The notes under the pieces: generated by a model | Told to the model about the DNA's origin: nothing | Databases searched by the model: none | What the model saw: the letters and a program-made list of their open reading frames with translations, nothing else | In this document: positions 38,808-47,570 of the stretch, piece by piece | Position numbering within the stretch: the first letter of the stretch is position 1 | How the letters are laid out: the number at the start of each line of letters is the position of its first letter | Position numbers and translations under genes: made by a program | DNA from: Chrysemys picta bellii | Lineage: Eukaryota | Length of the DNA: 64,000 nt | Assembly (NCBI RefSeq): GCF_011386835.1 | Contig: NC_088800.1 | Span: 38,750,001-38,814,000 of the forward strand | Reading direction: 5' to 3'

Positions 38808-39530
38808 CAAGGGCGGGCAAACTTTTTGGCCTGAGGGTCGCACTGGCCCCCATCTCCTATCTGCCCCCCCGGGACTCCTGCCCCATCCAAATCCCCCTGT
38901 TCTTTGACGGCCCCTCTGGGACCCCTGCCCCATCCACACACCCCAGCTCCCTGTCCCCTGACCATCCCCCGGACCTCCGCTGCCCCATCCAACCCTTCCT
39001 CTCATTCCTGACGGCCCCCCTGGGGCCCCGCCCCATCCAACCAACCCTTCTCCCTGTCCCGACTTCCCCCTGCCATTCCATCCAACACCCCTTCCTTCCT
39101 GACTGCCCCCCAGGATCCATGCCCCCATTCAACCCCCTGTTTCCCTCCGACCCCTATCCACACACCCCGAACTCCCCTGCCCTCTATCCAACCCTCCCGC
39201 TCCCTGCCTCACCGCGCTGCCTGGAGAACTGGTGGCTGGTGGTGCTACAGCCGTGCTACCCAGCTGGAGCCAGGCCACGCCGCCGCCACCACCACCACGC
39301 AACACAGAGACCGGGTCAGGCCAGGCTCTGCAGCTGCGCTGCCCCAGGAGTTCACAGCCCCGGCGCCAAGAGCATTGAGCTGGCAGCGGAGCGAGCAAGC
39401 TGAGGCTGCAGGGGAGGGGGAACAGTAGGGGAGGGGCCGGGGGGTAGCTTCCCAGGGCAGGAGCTCGGGGCTGGCCAGGACGGTCCCGCAGGCCGAATGT
39501 GGCCCACGGGCCGTAGTTTGCCCACCTCTG
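38808..39530. mobile_element. hAT MITE with C-rich minisatellite, inserted into a Penelope terminal fragment
   Basis: TIRs CAAGGGCGGGCAAACT / AGTTTGCCCACCTCTG; TSD CCTTAGAG/CCTTACAG splits the Penelope motif GGCACCTTAGAGACTAAC. Confidence 0.82.
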
Positions 39531-39712
39531 CCTTACAGACTAACACATTTATTTGGGCATAAGCTTTTGTGGGCTATAACTCACTTCATCAGATGCAAGT
39601 GGGTTCTAGCCCACGAAAGCTTAGTCCAAATAAATTTGTTAGTCTCTAAGGTGCCACAAGGACTCCTTGTTGTTTTTGCTGCTATAGACTACCACAGCTA
39701 CCCCTCTGAAAC
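39531..39712. mobile_element. Fold-back (head-to-head) Penelope pLTR fragments
   Basis: A minus-strand pLTR piece ending in the hammerhead-like motif (39557-39596) is joined to a plus-strand piece ending CTCTGAAAC. Confidence 0.8.
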
Positions 39713-40345
39713 CAGTCTTAAATAGTGAACACCTTGGCAGCTACCCTCAGGGCCAGGCCTAAGCAGTCAAAGGGTAGAGGTATTAGTTTGAATTTAAGGA
39801 CTCCAGGTGCTAGCAAATCCTCCAGTGCTCCTGCTAAGCTGTACCAAGGGCTGATCATCCCCCCTCTGTAAATATTGGCACCTTCTGTTCAGTTTCAAGT
39901 TGGTTACTTCAGCTCCCACATCTCTTTTGTCTTCATCTGTTAGGAAGGCCCCTGTGTCTGCAGTCTCCTCCCCATGTAGGAACTGCTGATCTTCCTTACT
40001 CGCCCCAGGTTATGGAACAACTCTGGGCCCTGGAGAGAACACACAGTTGAGAGTAGAGCAGCACACCTCATTTTTCTTTCTTTTTGAAAAGACCAGGCAA
40101 AGAGCAGAATGGCCCAGGCCCACTGTTTCTAGTTTCAGAGCTGTATGGCACAGCTAGCGATGTTTCCCCCTCTCCCCCCGCACTAGCTCTGCCAGCACCT
40201 GCTGAGGTGGCCGAAGAACATATTAATGGAAGCGGGTTGTCGTGTAACAGAACAGTTTTCTAAAGAAGTGAAGATTGGCCACTGTAGAGAGCAAGTTTTA
40301 GTCAGCCCAGAGAGCAGAGTTCTCTGGATATGTGTGCAGTGCCTA

Positions 40346-41838
40346 TGTACGCGGGGGAATGGTCCTGCTATTGTGGGGAACTTTCCAGGCTTCTGCACTA
40401 CCCCGGTGAAATGGGCTAGCGGAAGGATCTGAGGCCTCACTCCCACTCTCTTTATCCAGAGGCCTCCCTGCCCTCAAGGACTCCCTTTCCACTCTCCCAT
40501 CTGGCAGAGTCCTTGTAACTCCAACAAGGCTGGGCCCAGGATTCCTGGGGGCTCGACCCCCAACCTTGCTGTGGTCACCTAGGTCAGGGTGTCCCCACTC
40601 CAGGATACTCTCTCTGCACTGGATGCTTTCCTGACCCACTGATCATTACATACGATTTAAAGCAATACAGTTTATTTAATTAACAATTAGTTTAAAAAGA
40701 AATAAGGAAAAATGGGAAAGGTTAAAGGAAACACATCACCCCACTCTGTGGCAGGGAACATTACAAACAGTAACAGAGAGTCCCATGGCACCTTTAAGAC
40801 TAACAGATGTATTGGAGCATAAGCTTTCGTGGGTGAATACCCACTTCTTTGGATGCATTCACCCACGAAAGCTTATGCTCCAATACATCTGTTAGTCTTA
40901 AAGGTGCCACAGGACTCTCTGTTGCTTTTTACAGATCCAGACTAACACAGCTACCCCTCTGATACATCACAAACAGTGTCTCTGGAAGGTCAGGGCAGGT
41001 CACAGTCTGTTCCTTGTAGGTCCCAGGCCTCCTTCTCAGCCCCTGGCTGTGCTGCAGGGATGCTGTGGGTTGGACACTTGCTCCGGCGGTGGCCACACGC
41101 TCTCAGGCTCTAGGTGGCAGGTCCTTCTTCCCAGCGTTGCCCCCCCTCTGACAGGGTTACGATCCCCCTCCAAGTCTGGCCTGCAGGGCCTCTTAGCTGA
41201 GGCATCTCCCTGTGCTGGGCCCACTGCCCAGGGTCCCCCTCACTCTCCCCAGCTGCTCATCGCACCCAGCTCCGGACTGCTCCAGCCCCAGCTCCAGCTC
41301 CAGCTCCAGCTCCACTCTGCCTCAGCACAGCTGCTGCTCTGCCTCCAGCCCCCTGGGCTGCTTCTCCGGCCCCTCTGGCTCTGGTTGCTGCAGCTCTGCT
41401 CCCAGGACAGGTCTGCTCTGCAGGCTGCTTCTGTGACTCTGCTCCCAGCTCTGATCTGCTTCCTGGCTGCTTGTCTGGCCCCTCTGGCTCTGGTTGCTGC
41501 AGGTCTGCTCCCAGGGCAGCTCTGCTCTCTCTGGGCCGTGCTCTGGCGTTGGGGCTGCAGCTCTGCTTCCAGCAGCATAGCTCGGCCCCACCCTGTCTGA
41601 CTCAGGCCATTCCAGTTCACACGGAGGACGGGACCCCCCCTGGCCTCCTGACTCCCTGATTAGCCTGCCTGCCCTGTCAATCAGGCTGACCTGGAGCATT
41701 GGCCTCTCGCCATTGTTCCTGGGGACTGTCAGTCTTAGGCTCCTGATTTGCCACCGACCCTTCCCCTTTTAGTGCTGGGAGCTAGCCAACCAAAACACCC
41801 CCACTGAGTGTTAGTAAGGGGGCAACAGTCCCCTTACA
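40346..41838. mobile_element. Solo LTR (Gypsy-like) carrying a Penelope insertion and (CAGCTC)n repeats
   Basis: TGTA...TACA ends with 4-bp TSD CCTA (40342-40345, 41839-41842). Confidence 0.72.
40772..40963. mobile_element. Fold-back Penelope pLTR with a perfect 52-bp inverted repeat (40787-40838 / 40857-40908)
   Basis: Arms are exact reverse complements with an 18-nt spacer; 14-bp TSD ACAT(T/C)ACAAACAGT at 40758-40771 and 40964-40977. Confidence 0.85.
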
Positions 41839-41944
41839 CCTAGTTAGGCAGCTTGCTGACCTGGGGACAGACCTTTTTCACCAATGGCATTTTAACCTAA
41901 TCAGGTTCTAGCACAGAAGGTGGTTTAAGTAGTTTACGCTAGAC

Positions 41945-42255
41945 CAGGGGTAGGCAACCTATGGCACGTGTACCGAAGGCGGCATGCGAGCTGATTTTCA
42001 GTGGCACTCACACTGCCCAGGTCCTGGCCACCAGTCCGGGGGGCGCTGCATTTTAATGTACTTTTAAATGAAGCTTCTTAAACATTTTTAAAACCTTATT
42101 TACTTTACATACAACAATAGTTTAGTTATATATTATAGACTTAAAGAAAGAGACCATCTAAAAACGTTAAAATGTATTACTGACACGCGAAACCTTAAAT
42201 TAGAGTGAATAAATGAAGACTCGACACACCACTTCTGAAAGGTTGCCGACCCCTG
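41945..42255. mobile_element. hAT (Charlie-like) MITE
   Basis: TIRs CAGGGGTAGGCAACC / GGTTGCCGACCCCTG; perfect 8-bp TSD CGCTAGAC. Confidence 0.9.
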
Positions 42256-42537
42256 CGCTAGACCAATACGTAGACAAGCCAAGGCATATCAGCGAGCACA
42301 GAGCTACATTCATCACAAACACCCGCCTACTGAAGTCATACCAGGGATGAGCCTGGGCCATTATTAACCTGGTGTCATTGTTGCCACAACTCAGAGTGCT
42401 GTGAATTGATACAGTGTGTTGTCAATACTCAGCCTTGGGCCCTGTTTGAAAGGGGAGTAGTGGCTAGGAGCGTTTTCCCCACTAGTCTGGGGAAAGGGCT
42501 CTAGGTTCTTGCAGCTGGCAGGGAGAAGCTCAGAGCC

Positions 42538-43008
42538 AGGATTCAGAGTAGCAGCCGTGTCAGTCTGTATCTGCAAAAAGAACAGGAGTACTTGTGGCAC
42601 CTTAGAGACTAACAAATTTATTAGAGCAGAAGCTTTCGTGGGCTACTGCCCACTTCTTCGGATGCATATAGAGTGGAACATATATCGAGGAGATATATAT
42701 ATATATATATACACACACATACACACATACAGAGAGCATGAACAGGTGGGAGTTGTCTTACCAACTCTGAGAGGCCAATTAAGTAAGAGAAAAAAAATTT
42801 TGAAGTGATAATCAAGCTAGCCCAGTACAGACAGTTTGAGAAGAAGTGTGAGAATACTTACAAGGATCCCCTTGTAAGTATTCTCACACTTCTTCTCAAA
42901 CTGTCTGTACTGGGCTAGCTTGATTATCACTTCAAAAAATATTTTTCTCTTACTTAATTGGCCTCTCAGAGTTGGTAAGACAACTCCCACCTGTTCATGC
43001 TCTCTGTA

Positions 43009-43047
<39 letters not shown>

Positions 43048-43150
43048 CTCCTCGATATATGTTCCATTCTATATGCATCCGAAGAAGTGGGCAGTAGCCC
43101 ACGAAAACTTCTGCTCTAATAAATTTGTTAGTCTCTAAGGTGCCACAAGT
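42538..43150. repeat. Near-perfect 561-bp palindrome (42590-43150) formed by inverted Penelope 3' ends
   Basis: Arms of about 276-281 bp meet at AAGG-ATCC-CCTT (42866-42869); they differ by a few substitutions and (TA)n/(CA)n length. Confidence 0.92.
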
Positions 43151-43269
43151 TATTTTTTCAGAGACAGGAGGAAGTCTCCTTTAACATTTGTCCAGTACAT
43201 GGTATGCCCAGCAGTTCAACTCTTCATATAGATGGAGGATAATGCCACATACAGCCCCTGTGCACCCTG

Positions 43270-43932
43270 GAAAAAATCTCATTGAAATGCGCCCCCAGGG
43301 ACAAAGTCAGGCAAGCCAAGGCAAGGCCTGAGTTAAAACTGGCAAAAAATATGAGTGTCAAGAAGGGGTTCTACAAATATACTAGCCAAAAAAGGAAGCT
43401 CAGGGACCTGGGCCTGCTGCTCACTGGGGGGGCGGGGGGGGGTGAGCTGGTAATAGAAGATAGGAAAGCAGAGCTGTTCACTGCTGCCTTTCTTCAGTCT
43501 TCACACAAAAAACCAACATGATCAGCTGACTAGCGAAGTTACCATAGACAATAACGTTGAAGAAATGCAGCTCTGGCTAAGTAAAGAACACATCAGAGAT
43601 CTGACTAATTTGAGCAAATTCAAGTAGGGTCTGATGTTATGCGCCCCAGGTTGTGAAAGAAATCCCAGAGCCACCGGTGATATTTGTCCACTCAGGGCTG
43701 ACAGGAGAGGTCCTGGCTGACTGAAGAGCTAACATGGTTCCTCTTTAAAAAGGAGGAGCTGAGGAACTCTATAGATCCTCAGCCTGACCTGGATACCTGG
43801 GAAGCTACTAGAGCAATGCATAAAATATTCCATTTGCATGTAGCTAGAGGATGAAGGGGCAAGACTAGCAGCCAGCATGGATTTACCAAGAACAAATCAT
43901 GTCAAACCAGCTTGATTTCCTTCTTTGACAAG
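43270..43932 (+). mobile_element. CR1 LINE ORF2, left half (host of the Gypsy insertion)
   Basis: RDKVRQAKA...KGFYKY (ORF 43282-43521) through SCQTSLISFFDK, cut at 43932. Confidence 0.8.
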
Positions 43933-44245
43933 TGTGACGGAGCAGGGCGGATTTGACCTGGGAATGTAGCCTGGGAGTTACATTGAGCTACCTGAGCTGT
44001 AACCTGAGCCAGGAGGGGGGTGGGGGAAGTGACACCTTCTGCCCGGGAGACTGAACAAAGGAGAGGAGGAGCAGAGGGGAGGGGAGAGAGAGCTGCTGGA
44101 GGGATTTGGGGATTTTTCAGTTTGGGCTGGGAGGTGCAACGCAGGGAACCCAAGCTGGGGTCTAAGCTCCCTGCGCTCCCCAAGAAGACTTGATTGAGGG
44201 GTCCTGGTTGTATCTATGAGCTCTGCTGTAGACTGTGTTCCTGTT

Positions 44246-45209
44246 AATAACAGAACACCACTAGCTGTGACCTTCAGCCCCCAACTAAAACCTCTCCAGC
44301 GCATTATCAGAGATCTACAACCTATCCTGAAAGATGATCCCTTACTCTCACAGATCTTGGGAGACAGACCTGTCCTCGCTTACAGACAACCCCCCAACCT
44401 AAAGCAAATACTCACCAGCAACCACACATCACTGAACAAAACCACTAACCCAGGAACCTATCCTTGTAACAAACCCCGATGCCAACTCTGTCCACATATC
44501 TATTCAAGTGACATCATCATAGGACCTAATCACATCAGCCATACCATCAGGGGCTCGTTCACCTGCACATCTACCAATGTGATATATGCCATCATGTGCC
44601 AGCAATGCCCCTCGGCCATGTACATTGGCCAAACCGGACAGTCTCTACGCAAAAGAATTAATGGACACAAATCTGACATCAGGAATCAAAATACTCAAAA
44701 ACCAGTGGGAGAACACTTTAACCTGTCTGGTTATTCAGTGACAGACCTGCGGGTGGCTATATTACAACAGAAAAACTTCAAAAACAGACTCCAACGAGAG
44801 ACTGCTGAGCTGGAATTGATATGCAAACTAGACACAATCAACTCAGGATTGAATAAGGACTGGGAATGGCTGAGCCATTACAAACATTGAATCTATCTCC
44901 CCTTGTAAGTATGCTCACACTTCTTATCAAACTGTCTGTACTGGGCTATCTTGATTATCACTTCAAAAGTTTTTTTTCTCTTAATTAATTGGCCTCTCAG
45001 AGTTGGTAAGACAACTCCCACCTGTTTATGCTCTCTCTATGTGTGTATATATATCTCCTCAATATATGTTCCATTCTATATGCATCCGAAGAAGTGGGCT
45101 GTAGTCCATGAAAGCTTATGCTCTAATAAATTTGTTAGTCTCTAAGGTGCCACAAGTACTCCTGTTCTTCTTTTTGCGGATACAGACTAACACGCTGCTA
45201 CTCTGTAAC
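44246..45209 (+). mobile_element. Penelope-like element (GIY-YIG ORF to 44890 plus pLTR) embedded in the Gypsy 5' LTR
   Basis: About 215-aa GIY-YIG frame differs by 2 aa from the copy at 22995-23680; ends GCTACTCTGTAAC; no TSD found. Confidence 0.92.
45082..45121 (+). ncRNA. Candidate minimal hammerhead ribozyme within the Penelope part of the Gypsy 5' LTR
   Basis: GCAT-CCGAAGA-A-GTGGGC-TGTA-GTCCAT-GAAA-GCTT-ATGC. Confidence 0.5.
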
Positions 45210-45410
45210 CCCTGGGAGTGTGTGACCAGTGAGAAGGACTTTTGCAGTAACAGGGTCCCCTGGGGGATCACAGCGAGCAGTCCCGGGGTGGAGGAGGCTG
45301 CAGCTCGACCCTGGCAGGGAGGTGGTGACCTGAAGAAGGGCTGGCACACTAGGGGTCCCCCGGAATGGTGGAAAGCGGAGAGCACAGGCCGGCGAGTGGC
45401 CAGCAGGAGG

Positions 45411-47570
45411 ATGTATGCTAAACGCCTCAAGAGCCACCTGGTGGAGCTGTGCAGGCAGAGGGGGCTGCGCATTGGGAGGTCCACCAAAGAACAGCTCATT
45501 GCCCAGCTGGAGGAGAGGGATCGCTTGGATGAACCGAGCCCTGTCCCTGAGGGCAGCCGCCCGGCGGATGCAGCGTGGGCCCCGGGGCCTGACATGGCTG
45601 AGAGGGGTCAGACTGCTGCCGAGGACATCCCGAGACCCTGCCTACCTATACCTAGAGGAGGGGTTGGGGGAAGCCCAGCAAATACCGAGGGCACCCTGAC
45701 CCCGGCGGCCAGCAGGGGATCGTCCCGGCGGAGCTCCCCGTCCCGGGAGCTGATGCGACTGGAATATGACAGGGAGCTGAGATTGAAAGAGCTCGAGCTC
45801 GAGTTAAGGCAGCAAGAACTGAAGCAGGAACGGGAAGAGAAGGAGAGACAACGTCAGCATGAGCGGGACCAACGTCAACATGAGCGGGAAGAACGGGAAA
45901 AACAGCGTCAGCATGAGGAGAACGAACGTCAGCATGAGCGGGACCAATGTCAGTATGAGCTGGAACTGGCGAGGCTGAGGAGCAGTGGGGCCCCGGCTGC
46001 GGTGAGCGAGGGGGGACCCAAGACTGCAAAGAGCTTTGATAAGTGCTTCCTGGCCCAGCGTAAGGAGGGGGAGGACATGGATACCTTCCTGACGGCCTTT
46101 GAGAATACCTGCGAGCTGCTCCAGGTTGACCCTGCAGACAGGCTCCAGTTTCTCATTCCCTCACTGGACCCCACAGCCAGGGAGGTGTACAGCTGACTGA
46201 AAGGGGCGGAGACAGGGGACTACGAACTGTTCAAAAAGGCCCTGCTCTGCGAGTTTGGGCTGACCCCTGAGATGTACCGGCAAAGGTTCCGGAATCAGCG
46301 TAAAACCCGCAAGGTCACATACCCACAACTAGCCAACCGGGTGCAGGGGTATGCCCGCAAGTGGACGGCTGGGGCCCAAACTATAGAGGACCTGCTTGAC
46401 CTAGTCGTACTGGAGCACGTGTATGAGCAGTGCCCATCCGACCTGAGGCGATGGTTGATGGACCAAAAGCCAGAGAACCCGCAGCATGCAGGCCAGCTGG
46501 CCGACGAGTTTGTGAACAGTCGGGCAGGGGATAACCGGGAGGAGTCCCAAAGGAACAGGCCCACCACAACGCAAAGAGAGAGTCATCATGGGACCTCCCA
46601 GCGAGGAAATAGGGAGAATCCCCACCAAAGGGGAACATCCAGCGTCAGGTCCATCCGTCCTGCTCGAGGGGACCCACGGGACATGGGCTGCTATCACTGT
46701 GGCCAGAGAGGCCACATACGGGCCCAGTGCCCCAGGCTCAGGGACAGGCTGAGCAGACCAAACCCACAGAGGGTTGACTGGGTAGAGGCCCAGCCGGGCG
46801 AGAGGCAGCATTCCCAGGGAAGGGGAGCTGGCAAAGTACCACCTGCTAAGGAGGGAGGAGAGCTCCAGGCCAGCTCCTCTGGAGGGCTGGATGCTCCAGA
46901 CTCAGGGTTTTCGGTTTATACGGTGGACGCGGGGCTGTCCCTCCGCAGTGAGTGCCTTGTTCCCCTGGAGGTGGATGGGAGGAAGGTCAATGGATACTGG
47001 GATACGGGCGCAGAGGTGACGTTGGCCCAGCCCGAGGTGGTGGCCCCAGATTGGGTGGTGCCTGACACCTACCTAACCCTGACAGGGGTGGGTGGGACCC
47101 CATTCAAGGTGCCTGTGGCGAGGGTACACCTGAAGTGGGGGGCCAAGGAGGGTCCCAAGGATGTGGGGGTGCACCACCATTTGCCCACTGAGGTGTTGAT
47201 GGGGGGGGGACCTGGAGGACTGGCCAAGCGACCCTCCGGGTGCCCTGGTCGTGACCCGTAGTCAGAGCCGGCAAGGGGCACTGCACCCTGACCTTGGGGA
47301 CGGTACCTTGCCCAAGGCGCAGGACCCTAACCGGGTGGGGAGGGACCACCCAGGGACACAGCTCAGGGGGGCTACGGCCTCAGACCCAGCCCGTGAGAGA
47401 GAGCAGGTGCCCAGCCCTGTCCCAGCTGCTGAGTTCCAGGCCGAGTTGCAGAGGGATCCCTCCTTGCAGAAGATAAGGGACCTGGCGGACCTCAGGGCAG
47501 TACAGACCATGGGGAGAGGCTCCTGTGAGAGAAGGGGTTCCTGTACTGAGAATGGGCTCCCCCAGGGGAA
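45411..47570 (+). pseudogene. Gypsy gag-protease, disrupted
   Basis: ATG 45411, coiled coil, SCAN-like domain (YRQRFR...LVVLEH...AGQLADEF), CCHC knuckle CYHCGQRGHIRAQC, protease DTGA; in-frame TGA at 46194-46196 and frameshifts near 47205 (G run) and about 47530. Confidence 0.88.

Noticed and set aside
41049-41699. Ser/Trp- and Gln/Leu-repeat ORFs
   Set aside because: Translations of (CAGCTC)n repeats within a solo LTR.
45108-45410. Apparent Penelope-Gag fusion ORF (45108-46196)
   Set aside because: The N-terminus is a chance open frame in the pLTR/LTR; Gag homology starts at ATG 45411.
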